Positions 20,234-29,144 of a stretch of 64,000 nucleotides of DNA are shown here, piece after piece. Within the stretch, counting starts at the first letter, position 1, and each line of letters opens with the position of its first letter. This DNA is from an uncultured bacterium (GTDB lineage Bacteria > Babelota > Babeliae > Babelales > Vermiphilaceae). Position numbers and translations under genes: made by a program. Location: the NCBI GenBank assembly GCA_963702025.1, contig OY969699.1, forward strand, positions 832,001 to 896,000, read 5' to 3'. The notes below the pieces were generated by a model, which had not been told where the DNA came from, did not search any database, and saw only the letters and a program-made list of their open reading frames with translations.

Positions 20234-21463
20234 CTGAAGTTCGGACATAAATAGAAGAGACTCCTGTTCTGGTGTATTTTTAAAAAAAACAAAGAAACAC
20301 CAAAAACAGGAGAATCATGATTGCCAAAAAAGATATCATAAAAATGATTAATTCGCTAAAAGTATTTAACATTCATGTTGCCGACTTCATCGGATCGATG
20401 ATTTGGGGGTTCCAACAAGCAAAAAAGCTTAGAATTTCCAGCATTTCTGCTGCATCACCCGGCAAGTATGAATCTAACTATAAAAACATCACAAGATCTC
20501 TAAATAAATTAGAAGTTTCTCAGCTTTCAGAAGCTCTTTTGTCATTTCAGGACCAAGCGAGTGATATCCTATTGCTCGATTTTACTGAGATGACTCGAAA
20601 AAATGCTAAACGCACTGCTTATATTGGATATTTAAAAGATGGAGAAACACTTGGCTACAGCATATTGGCACTGAGTGTACCATTCAAAGGAAGATCTAAA
20701 ATAATATTTGCTGATGTAATATCTTCTTCAATCATTGCTGAGAGCGCAACTGGAAAGTGGAAGCTTATTCAAGAAGCTTTACGCCCATTAATTCCTTTGC
20801 TTCAGAGTAAGATAATTGTCATTGATCGTGAACTTTGCAATGAGGAGATGATCAAGTTCTTTCATAAACATCAAATTCATTATTCAATACGCTTAAAAAT
20901 AAGTGCTGGAAAAAACCAAATTATTATTACTGACAAAAAAGGCAGCAGGATTAACATTTCTATTACTCGCGGCTCAAAGAAAAATTGGAAAGGGGTTTAT
21001 TATAAAGGGAAAATCAAAGTAAATATTGCTGCTGAATGGCAAAGCAATATGCCTGAGCCAATGTATATAATTACAGATTGTCAGCCAAGTGAAGGTTTAA
21101 AATACTATAAAAAACGCATGAAAATAGAGGAAAGTTTCAAAGATATAAAAGATAAATTGGGCTTTACAAAAATCATGAATAAAACTTTAGGCAATCTCCT
21201 TAAAATGCTCCTCATTGGATTAATTGCCTACAATCTATTGATTTTGATAGGCGAAATGCTGCGATTACAAGTGCTCACGAAGCGCGAAAGGCTTAAGTTC
21301 AGCGGTTTGCATTTATTGCTTAATATGATTTATTCATATTCTCGATCCAAACTTCGGAAAGCACTACGTCAAGTTGAATTCCATCTGCTTGAAAATAATT
21401 CAGATGATGTTGTTTGGTTAAGAGCCTTTAGGAATTGTTAAAATGAAATTGTCCGAACTTAAG
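20234..21463 (+). mobile_element. IS4-superfamily insertion sequence, 1230 bp
   Basis: TIRs ctgaagttcggaca / tgtccgaacttaag (13/14); 8-bp TSD acacaaat at 20226..20233 and 21464..21471. Confidence 0.92.
20317..21441 (+). CDS. DDE transposase (IS4-like)
   Basis: LLDFT, VIDREL and the YREK motif YKKRMKIEESFKDIK. Confidence 0.9.
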   Translation: MIAKKDIIKMINSLKVFNIHVADFIGSMIWGFQQAKKLRISSISAASPGKYESNYKNITRSLNKLEVSQLSEALLSFQDQASDILLLDFTEMTRKNAKRTAYIGYLKDGETLGYSILALSVPFKGRSKIIFADVISSSIIAESATGKWKLIQEALRPLIPLLQSKIIVIDRELCNEEMIKFFHKHQIHYSIRLKISAGKNQIIITDKKGSRINISITRGSKKNWKGVYYKGKIKVNIAAEWQSNMPEPMYIITDCQPSEGLKYYKKRMKIEESFKDIKDKLGFTKIMNKTLGNLLKMLLIGLIAYNLLILIGEMLRLQVLTKRERLKFSGLHLLLNMIYSYSRSKLRKALRQVEFHLLENNSDDVVWLRAFRNC

Positions 21464-21475
21464 ACACAAATTGGA

Positions 21476-22207
21476 TTAGGCCACAATCTCTTGTCTAAGC
21501 TCTTCTGGCAGTAATTTTATTTGTTCAGCACTAAGTTTATCTTCATTAAAAATAATATATTTAATACAGAGTTTTTTAAGTGAAGGAACCCTTTGAAATC
21601 CATTCGGGCCATGAGCCACTTTGCCACCAACCATTGCCAACATTCCTAATCTATATAACTGATAGTTACAGCGCGGAGAACAATACGGAACTTTTAAAAA
21701 TTTCTCTACCAGTAACGCCAAAGTATCTTCAAAGGTAGTATTATTAGCATTATTCCCCAATTGTTTGCAAACCAATTCTAGATTACATTTATGCTTGGTA
21801 TGAAAAAGTTTAACAATGGAATCTTCTTTTTTATCTTTAACTACCGAATACGGTAAAAGTAATGGAACATAGTTGAAAAAAGGACCTGCTTTTTTTGGAT
21901 CTGTACTTTTGGCTCTCACCCTTACAAATGGATCTGAACGATCAAAAGTTAATAGCAGATCACAAGAATTTTTCATGTCACATAAACTACACATAACGTC
22001 CTCTCTGGTACCACATTGATAAAGCAAATAGTCATCCACTATGCTCAACTCTCCTTTAATGGTTGGATATGCAGTCGCTTCCATGTCCGCATTTTCTTGC
22101 AAATATTCAACAGGAGGCTGTGTATCCACATCAGGAATATTTGGCAGCATTGGCACTATTGCTGGAAAATATGCGGCAAACAAGAATACAAATACTATTT
22201 TCTTCAT
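21476..22207 (-). CDS. secreted protein, paralog family with C-terminal SOCS-box-like motif
   Basis: Signal peptide; shared core (YQCG, DPFV, LPYS, ELVC, HGPNGF); ends VPSLKKLCIKYI...IKLLPEELRQEI. Confidence 0.75.
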   Translation of the reverse strand: MKKIVFVFLFAAYFPAIVPMLPNIPDVDTQPPVEYLQENADMEATAYPTIKGELSIVDDYLLYQCGTREDVMCSLCDMKNSCDLLLTFDRSDPFVRVRAKSTDPKKAGPFFNYVPLLLPYSVVKDKKEDSIVKLFHTKHKCNLELVCKQLGNNANNTTFEDTLALLVEKFLKVPYCSPRCNYQLYRLGMLAMVGGKVAHGPNGFQRVPSLKKLCIKYIIFNEDKLSAEQIKLLPEELRQEIVA

Positions 22208-22222
22208 GACAATCTTCTTTTA

Positions 22223-23605
22223 TTACCACAACTTATAACTATATTTAGTTGGAAAATCTGTTTTAATATTATCGCTTCCACCATTACTCGGTGTAAGTAC
22301 GCGAACATGGTAGGGATTTTGATTGGCAGCATTTTCCAAATTTGTTTTTATTTCTTTTTCCAAAAATGCAAAAATTCGCTCAGTAAGATATCCAGTTATT
22401 AATCCTAGACGAATTAAATATTCAAAGTTATTTTTCAAAAATTTAACTGTGGCTGCATAAGATTTGTTCCCAAAGTATTCTTTGATAGTCACTGCACACA
22501 TACCTGCACAGGCTCCAAAGAGACAAAGCAAAAGTCGTTCCTTCTTGATACCCTTAAATGCGACTATATTACTTTTTGCCGCAAATGATTTGAGCCAAAA
22601 TAACATTTTTGCCAAAGAGGTTTGTTTGAAGATGATATTTTGGGGATTTAAAGGAGTATGGGCAGCATTCAGCAAAAGTTTTTTATATTGTGCCGGATTA
22701 TCAAGACAAACAGAAGCAAGAGGATTATTAGGTAGAGATATACGCTCAATATCTTCATCAATTTCTTTATTTGAAACTGACTCAATACCATTTTTACTTA
22801 AATAAATTGATTTCGAATGGGGAAAAACTTTTTTTAGTGCTTTCACACTAAATGTTTTGATAGGCTCATCAAAAATGTTTATTTGTTCAATCTGATCAAG
22901 AGGTAAAGATTGTCCAAACTCCTTAAGAACCTCTATTCCCTCTAACGATCTAATTTTTTTTGTAATTTTCAATGCTTTAGAAATCCTGGACAAAAAGAAA
23001 ATATTATAGTTATAGTTGTTTATAACCGAATCACCGAGAAAATTCTTCTTAAAAATTTCGAGCCAGTTTTCTTTTCCTTTTACATCAGCCATAAATTGAG
23101 TAAAATCCAGATAATAGGGCAAATTAATTGCAATCGTATCTTTTAATAAGCGTAAATCACTTAATCTCTGCAATTGCTCAATCTTTTGATTCTGTTCTTT
23201 TATTGCTTCAATCTCTTTTTCTAATGCCGTTACATTTTTTTGAACCGATGGGTATGCGCGATTGGCCAGAGCTTCACTGATATTTTCCGGCGCTTGCAAA
23301 AAGTCTGCCAATTCAAATAATTGAGTAAAAAGAGCCTCATTTTTTATTTGATCCAGATATTTTATATCATTGATGACCTTAATTAGCTCAGCAATATTTG
23401 ATGCTGTCATAAAAGCATTCGGCTTAAAACTGATTCTTTCACCGGCAGCAGCCTGTGGCTTGCAATGCTTTATAAAGTCGCAACATTTCAATGCTTCCTC
23501 TTGTTGTTCGGTAAGCTCAACGCTCGGTATTTCCATTGGATATGACATTGAGCAGTATGAAATCAAAAAAGATGCAAGTGCTATTTTTTTTATTACTTTT
23601 TTCAT
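22223..23605 (-). CDS. secreted protein with BTB/Skp1-like N-domain, LRR-like segment and C-terminal hydrophobic helices
   Basis: GGAGG RBS before ATG 23605; LFELADFLQ motif; SIYLSKNGIESV and RISLPNNPLASV are LRR-like. Confidence 0.7.
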   Translation of the reverse strand: MKKVIKKIALASFLISYCSMSYPMEIPSVELTEQQEEALKCCDFIKHCKPQAAAGERISFKPNAFMTASNIAELIKVINDIKYLDQIKNEALFTQLFELADFLQAPENISEALANRAYPSVQKNVTALEKEIEAIKEQNQKIEQLQRLSDLRLLKDTIAINLPYYLDFTQFMADVKGKENWLEIFKKNFLGDSVINNYNYNIFFLSRISKALKITKKIRSLEGIEVLKEFGQSLPLDQIEQINIFDEPIKTFSVKALKKVFPHSKSIYLSKNGIESVSNKEIDEDIERISLPNNPLASVCLDNPAQYKKLLLNAAHTPLNPQNIIFKQTSLAKMLFWLKSFAAKSNIVAFKGIKKERLLLCLFGACAGMCAVTIKEYFGNKSYAATVKFLKNNFEYLIRLGLITGYLTERIFAFLEKEIKTNLENAANQNPYHVRVLTPSNGGSDNIKTDFPTKYSYKLW

Positions 23606-23806
23606 GATAACCTCCAAATTATTTTATTATATTTATGGTTTTTGTTCATCTTTTGTCGATGGTTCAATCTGTTCTCGTAATTCTTCCGGCAACAATTTTA
23701 TTTGTGCTCGCTGCTCTGCGGTTAATTTGTCTTTATTAAACAGAATATATTTAATGCATGTATCTTTGAGTGAACCGGGAACTTTACCAAAGCCGTAGGG
23801 GCCATG
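23378..23806. repeat. ~430-bp direct repeat spanning a gene junction, copy 1
   Basis: Aligns with 24536..24964 at offset 1158, with long identical runs. Confidence 0.9.
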
Positions 23807-24763
23807 GACATAGAGCAGAGATTCTTTATCAAATGCCATAACCTTCAAAGCCTGTAATTTTTTCTCGCAATCTGAAGAATATCTTTGCGGATTTTTTAAA
23901 AATTCTTGTTTTAGTCTTTCAAGCGCATTTTCAAATGTTTCACTCGTATGCGCTTCGTCAAAGCTCGCTTGTTGACACGTAAGTTCTATTATACTCTGCT
24001 TCTGCAAATTAAAAATTCTCACCATATCATTTTCTTTTTTATCAGCAAGTAGGCAATAGGGCAAAAATAGTGGGAAATACCCCACTTTGGGGTGATGAAG
24101 GGTCATCCAGTCATCCGATTCAGGACTGCGCACAACTACTTGCACTAAAGGATCTGCCGGATTGCACGGTAACAAAAGATCATGGCGCTGCTTTAAATCA
24201 AAAAAACATTCGCCACACTGATATTGCAATTGCTTGGCAGTTATCTTAAGTGAACCTTTCACCGAGGGCAATGTATTTGCAGTGGTATCTTGCAAGTTTA
24301 ATAAATCAGCTAATTGCTCTGCTGTTTGTTTTTTTTCACTGTCAGTATTTGTTAATTCTTTCTCTAATTCTTTTATTCTCTCTTGCACAACGGGGCAAAT
24401 GCGTTCGGCAAGCGCTACTAAAATGCATTCTGGCGCGCACAAGAAGTTTGCCAATCGAAATAACTCGATGCACTGAGTATTATCTACGATTCGAAGAAAA
24501 GCGTAAGTATCCAAATATTTAACATCTTGAATCACTTTAATGAGCTCTTCAATATTTTTTGCTGTCATGAAAGAATTCGCTTTAAAACTGATTCTTTCAC
24601 CAGCAGCAGCCTGCGGCTTGCAATGTTTTATAAAGTCGCAACATTTCAATGCTTCCTCTTGCTGTTCAGTAAGCTCAACGCTGGGTATTTCCATGGGATA
24701 TGACATTGAGCAGTATGAAATCAAAAAAGATGCAAGTGCTATTTTTTTTATTACTTTTTTCAT
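23633..24763 (-). CDS. chimeric secreted protein: BTB/Skp1-like N-domain plus SOCS-box family C-half
   Basis: N-terminal ~60 aa identical to 22223..23605; C-half has YQCG, DPLV, LPYC, HGPYGFGKVPGSLKDTCIKYI..LLPEELREQI. Confidence 0.8.
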   Translation of the reverse strand: MKKVIKKIALASFLISYCSMSYPMEIPSVELTEQQEEALKCCDFIKHCKPQAAAGERISFKANSFMTAKNIEELIKVIQDVKYLDTYAFLRIVDNTQCIELFRLANFLCAPECILVALAERICPVVQERIKELEKELTNTDSEKKQTAEQLADLLNLQDTTANTLPSVKGSLKITAKQLQYQCGECFFDLKQRHDLLLPCNPADPLVQVVVRSPESDDWMTLHHPKVGYFPLFLPYCLLADKKENDMVRIFNLQKQSIIELTCQQASFDEAHTSETFENALERLKQEFLKNPQRYSSDCEKKLQALKVMAFDKESLLYVHGPYGFGKVPGSLKDTCIKYILFNKDKLTAEQRAQIKLLPEELREQIEPSTKDEQKP

Positions 24764-24964
24764 GATAACCTCCAAATTATTTTATTATATTTATGGTTTT
24801 TGTTCATCTTTTGTCGATGGTTCAACCTGTTCTCGTAATTCTTCCGGCAACAATTTTATTTGTTCACATTGTGCCGCACTTAATTTATGTTTATTAAAGA
24901 AAATATATTTAATGCACGTATCTTTGAGCGAATTGGGAACTTTACCAAATCCATATATACCGTG
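24536..24964. repeat. ~430-bp direct repeat, copy 2
   Basis: Aligns with 23378..23806. Confidence 0.9.
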
Positions 24965-25582
24965 CGCAAAAACAAAAGGATTTGTATCTACAATAGCCTC
25001 TTTAGCAGATTCTCTTTTTGCCACAATTTTTAATTTTTCCAAGGCTTTTTCGCAGGTGAACCGGGGATATGCAAATCGTAAAAAATGTTGTTTCATCGTC
25101 TCCAATCTCACCTCAAAAATAGGGTTTGTTAATGGTTGGTCATCGAAGGTGGAAGGAGATGGGATCATAAAACTGCTCGCCTTACATACTAACTCTAATA
25201 CACTATTAGTTTTGCTATCAAAAAGCCTAATAAGATCATTCTCTTTTTTGTTTGCAAGTAATGAATAAGGTAATTTGACTTGAAAAAATCCATTTAAATC
25301 GTGACTCAATCTAAATTCTAAGCTAACAAGAGGATCATCATTCTGCTTAAAAGACACATGATATCGGGAACTGTTTTTTTCATCAGTTTCACACAAACCA
25401 CATTGATATTCGATGCAATCATCAAGATACAACTCCCCTTTCACTACTGGATCGATGAGAGTTTGATTTTCCTTTTTTTCTGAAGTGGCACCATTATTAA
25501 GCTCAGGTTTTTCCATAGCAAAAGTGCTGCTAAAAGATACCGATAAGCCAAGTGCAAGTAACGTAGTATTTAATTTATTCAT
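24791..25582 (-). CDS. secreted protein, SOCS-box-like paralog family
   Basis: Signal peptide followed by MEK; YQCG, DPLV, LPYSLLA, ELVC, VPNSLKDTCIKYI..LLPEELREQV. Confidence 0.78.
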   Translation of the reverse strand: MNKLNTTLLALGLSVSFSSTFAMEKPELNNGATSEKKENQTLIDPVVKGELYLDDCIEYQCGLCETDEKNSSRYHVSFKQNDDPLVSLEFRLSHDLNGFFQVKLPYSLLANKKENDLIRLFDSKTNSVLELVCKASSFMIPSPSTFDDQPLTNPIFEVRLETMKQHFLRFAYPRFTCEKALEKLKIVAKRESAKEAIVDTNPFVFAHGIYGFGKVPNSLKDTCIKYIFFNKHKLSAAQCEQIKLLPEELREQVEPSTKDEQKP

Positions 25583-25586
25583 AAAG

Positions 25587-25782
25587 CCTCAAAATTATTT
25601 TATTATATTTATGTTTTTTGTTCATCTTTTGCCAATGGTTCAATCTGTTCTCTAAGCTCTTCCGGCAATAATTTTATTTGTGCTCGCTGCTCTGCAGTTA
25701 ATTTGTCTTTATTTAAGAAAATATATTTAATGCATGCATCTTTGAGTGAACTGGGGACTTTACCAAATCCATATGGACCGTG
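25587..25782. repeat. partial third copy of the junction repeat
   Basis: aaattattttattatatttatg...ttcatctttt...tcttccggcaa...actttaccaaa matches ~23615..23806 and ~24773..24964. Confidence 0.85.
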
Positions 25783-26355
25783 GCTTATTGATGTACCTTC
25801 TTGTGCTAAAATCTTTAATTTTAACAACAACTCCCCTTGGCACCAAGCGCCTAATTTTGCTCTATTTAAAAATTCTTGTTTTTTAATTTTTAAGCATTCT
25901 TCAAATGATTGCCAATTATGCCAATTATTATTACCACTGCAAACCAATTCAAAACAACAGTTCTCCTTATCATTAAAGAATCGAACAATATCATTTTGTT
26001 TTTTATCTGCGAGCAAAGAATAAGGCAAATACCGGGGAATTCCATTGTCCGTTCCAACAATACATTTTGTTATAGGTACAACTGGATCATGCGGCTGGTA
26101 TAACAACGAATAATTAGAGGTTAAATTTTTCTCATCCCATCGGCATTTGCCACATTCATAAATAATACTGTCTTGAAGACAAATACGCAGCTCCCCTTCT
26201 ATAATCTTCGGTCCAACTGCTATTAATACTGCTTCTTTCATATCTTGTGTTTTTGAAATTGCAGTTTTTGCCTCAGGCAGTTCCATAGCACCTATAGTTG
26301 CCAAAGTTCCCAACAAGCTCATCGCCAAAGACATTTTATTTAATCTATTCATCAA
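25609..26355 (-). CDS. secreted protein, SOCS-box-like paralog family
   Basis: Signal peptide followed by MEL; YECG, DPVV, LPYSLLA, ELVC, VPSSLKDACIKYI..LLPEELREQI. Confidence 0.78.
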   Translation of the reverse strand: MMNRLNKMSLAMSLLGTLATIGAMELPEAKTAISKTQDMKEAVLIAVGPKIIEGELRICLQDSIIYECGKCRWDEKNLTSNYSLLYQPHDPVVPITKCIVGTDNGIPRYLPYSLLADKKQNDIVRFFNDKENCCFELVCSGNNNWHNWQSFEECLKIKKQEFLNRAKLGAWCQGELLLKLKILAQEGTSISHGPYGFGKVPSSLKDACIKYIFLNKDKLTAEQRAQIKLLPEELREQIEPLAKDEQKT

Positions 26356-26479
26356 CTCCCCAAAAGGGTAAAATTCGTTTTTTGAGAAATAACTACTTTT
26401 TAATACTATCAGGAATTAGTTAATAGTCAATATTTTCTATTTGTAACTTTTTAGGAGTGTTTCAGGTTACAAATCCATT

Positions 26480-27041
26480 AACCTGGAGGTGTTGCTCTCG
26501 AAAAAATTAATATTATTAACTTAAGCATTTTATAGCCCCTGCGCGGCGAGCGATAAACCTGGAGGTGTTCTCGAAAACACCTCCAGACCTCCATTCGCCC
26601 AAGGAGGGCCTTGGGAATCCCTGTGCGATAAACTCACCAACACATCTCCCTTCGGGAGCTGCGTCGGTTCATACATATATCGCAATCAGATCTAACGTTT
26701 TATACATTAACTATACGTAGAGAGCCCGCAACGATGCTTGCCGGGCGCGAAAGCGCCCGAGCGGGCTCTGTTATTTTTTCTCTTTAACGTAGACGCGCTA
26801 ACTCAGAAGTTTTAAGAATGCTTCGACACGCTCAGCCCGAACGGTTTAAAAACTTTAATAAGTAAATTCAGACAAGTGCCACTGAGTGATTGGAGCGCGC
26901 AGCGCGAGGTCGCGAATTGGCACGAAATGAGGGATCCTAAGGCGCAGCCTTGGTCTGGGGATTCCAAAGGGTGTTCAGATTTAACACCCTTTGGCCACCG
27001 CCCGGAGGGCGATTAATAATAATATTCCTGCCGCCGCAGGC
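26480..27041. other. GC-rich multi-hairpin non-coding element
   Basis: No ORF; hairpins at 26559..26586, 26598..26615, 26721..26769 and 26964..26994; the two ends are structurally related and inverted. Confidence 0.6.
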
Positions 27042-27130
27042 AAATATAAAAATTCTTAATGGCATTGGTCTCATTTGTATCAATAAAAGTAAATAGCTAA
27101 GCTTGAATTAGCATTAAATGAAAGGGCACA

Positions 27131-27331
27131 ATGCGCGCAATAGAATTCACCTCTGATACCAAAGATGGCATCATTCAAATTCCTAAAAAATATCTTAAGA
27201 ACCTTAAGAAAAACATACGCGTAATTATTCTCATTGAAGAAGAAGAAAAAAAAATCAAAAAATTTCCTAGAAAAGGACTTACTACCTTAAAAATAAAAAC
27301 CAAAGGGCTATCATTTGCAAATGAACGGTGA
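27131..27331 (+). CDS. small antitoxin-like protein (orphan)
   Basis: MRAIEF...DGIIQIPKKY...IRVIIL...ANER resembles small proteins usually found before PIN toxin genes (recalled, not searched). Confidence 0.55.
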   Translation: MRAIEFTSDTKDGIIQIPKKYLKNLKKNIRVIILIEEEEKKIKKFPRKGLTTLKIKTKGLSFANER

Positions 27332-27334
27332 AAC

Positions 27335-28654
27335 TCATATCTCAATCGTCAACAATTCCTGCCAACTCGTGGTAAAACGAGCCGATCTTTTCTCAACTTT
27401 CGTTTTCCAGGGATGATCAACGCCCGTTGCGGCAAAGGTCACCGTTTCATTGCCCCATTTGGTAGTAATATGATCCATGGTGGTCATCATGCGAGCTTGT
27501 TTGCTAATATCCTTATCCATCTGGCTCATAGTGAGCTGCAGATTGTCCGCATCAGTAATATCATTGAGCATAATGCCCACTTTTTTATAGATAAGGCCCT
27601 TTTTAAATACAATATCAATGCATGCTTTAACGGCACTAATTATTGCGGGCGTATATGATGTGGCTTGCGGCAATTGTATGCTGGCACTTTTATAATAGCG
27701 CTGAGGATCATCGTAACTTCTAACCAATACAAAAGCAGATACATGCGAGGCTACAAGTTTTTGTTTGCGTAATTTGCGCGCACCGCTGGTTGCATGCACC
27801 GATGCCGCTTGCTTTAAATGAGTGATATTTGTTATCGGTTTGCCAAATGAGCGGGAGACCACAAAGCTTTTATTCGGCTCAATTTCTTGATCGATGGCAA
27901 AACAGGGAATGCCGCGCAATTCGTGCACCATTCGTAACCCATTAATGGTCATCTTTTTGCGTGCCCACGCGTCAGGGGCATATTTAAGGGCCTTTGCCGT
28001 GGTTATCTTATGGGCAATTAACATTTTTTCATAACGGCGACCAACGCCCCAAATATCGCCGACAGGAACTTTTTCAAGCAGTTCATCAACGTCAGCACGA
28101 TCGGTGATGTCAAAATAACCACCCAATGTCGGATTTTTCTTTGCAATTTTATTGGCAACTTTAGCAAGTGTTTTGGTTGGTGCAATGCCAATAGAAATAG
28201 GAATACCCGTATACTGTTTAACTTTACGAATTAATAATTGAGAGCGCGCGGCGAAATAATCGGGATCTTGCTCGTGACCATAATCAACAATATGTAAAAA
28301 TGCTTCATCAACCGAATAGACTTCAATATCAGCAGCCTCTTGAGCAAGCGTTTGCATGACGCGGGAAGACATATCGCCGTAGAGTGAAAAATTGGATGAA
28401 AAAACATGCACCTTATGTTTTTTAAAAAACGGCTCATATTGAAAGGCCGGTGCGCCCATGGGAATTTCTAATGCCTTGGCTTCATTAGAACGCGCGATAA
28501 CACAGCCATCGTTACTGGAAAGCACCACAACCGGCTTGCCAATCAATGTTGGATCAAATACGCGTTCACACGAAACAAAAAAATTATTGCAATCAACCAG
28601 CAATATTCGTTTAGGTTTGCCGGATAATATAGGTGACGACACCCCACACCTCAA
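27335..28654 (-). CDS. umuC: Y-family DNA polymerase V subunit UmuC (true start probably TTG near 28604)
   Basis: LVDCNNFFVSCERVF, VLSSNDGCVIARS, FSSNFSLYGDMSSRV, YSVDEAF, TKTLAKVAN, VWG-like IWGVG, C-terminal RFTTSW. Confidence 0.93.
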   Translation of the reverse strand: MRCGVSSPILSGKPKRILLVDCNNFFVSCERVFDPTLIGKPVVVLSSNDGCVIARSNEAKALEIPMGAPAFQYEPFFKKHKVHVFSSNFSLYGDMSSRVMQTLAQEAADIEVYSVDEAFLHIVDYGHEQDPDYFAARSQLLIRKVKQYTGIPISIGIAPTKTLAKVANKIAKKNPTLGGYFDITDRADVDELLEKVPVGDIWGVGRRYEKMLIAHKITTAKALKYAPDAWARKKMTINGLRMVHELRGIPCFAIDQEIEPNKSFVVSRSFGKPITNITHLKQAASVHATSGARKLRKQKLVASHVSAFVLVRSYDDPQRYYKSASIQLPQATSYTPAIISAVKACIDIVFKKGLIYKKVGIMLNDITDADNLQLTMSQMDKDISKQARMMTTMDHITTKWGNETVTFAATGVDHPWKTKVEKRSARFTTSWQELLTIEI

Positions 28655-28988
28655 AATCTCTATCAGCAGTAATGGTTAAGGGTTCATTATTCTTTCCATC
28701 TCCCAATAAGATTAACGCATCGGGCGCAATCTGTACACGCCGCACCAACAATTGGCCATCCAAACGGGCAATAATAATTGTATGATTAGAAAGAGAAAGT
28801 GAGCGATCAACCACCAAAATATCGTTGGACCAAATCCCTTCATCGAGCATTGTATCGCCCTTCACGCGCACAAAAAAAGTGGCTGCCGGATGTTGGATAA
28901 TCAGTTCATTTAAATCAAGCGAGAGAGAAAAATCATTTTCGGCCCAGGAATGGAAACGGGTAGATACGGAAATTTTTTTGTTATTCAT
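28611..28988 (-). CDS. umuD: UmuD-like S24-family protein with non-canonical catalytic residues
   Basis: LDLNELIIQHPAATFFVRVKGDTM..GI...DILVVDRS, VWGVVTYII; directly upstream of umuC. Confidence 0.88.
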   Translation of the reverse strand: MNNKKISVSTRFHSWAENDFSLSLDLNELIIQHPAATFFVRVKGDTMLDEGIWSNDILVVDRSLSLSNHTIIIARLDGQLLVRRVQIAPDALILLGDGKNNEPLTITADRDFEVWGVVTYIIRQT

Positions 28989-29144
28989 TGGTATTCTTTA
29001 TTTATTAACCTCCAGTTCATGCTGGCCCTTTTGCTAAACTCGGGAAAAACTCGCCAATCCCCATTCATGTTCAGGATGAGTGAAATGGAAAAGTTCTATA
29101 TCAAAATGATATCATTTATTATATATTATTTAATATTACAGGAG

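Noticed and set aside
24540..25268. Long plus-strand ORFs over the effector array (also 23370..23798)
   Set aside because: Antisense shadows, repeated only because the underlying DNA is duplicated.
23378..25782. Diversity-generating retroelement template/variable repeats
   Set aside because: No reverse transcriptase in the window; the repeats span gene junctions and differences are not confined to adenines.
28990..29140. LexA/SOS box upstream of umuD
   Set aside because: No CTGT-N8-ACAG or GAAC-N4-GTTC was recognised; a lineage-specific box cannot be excluded.
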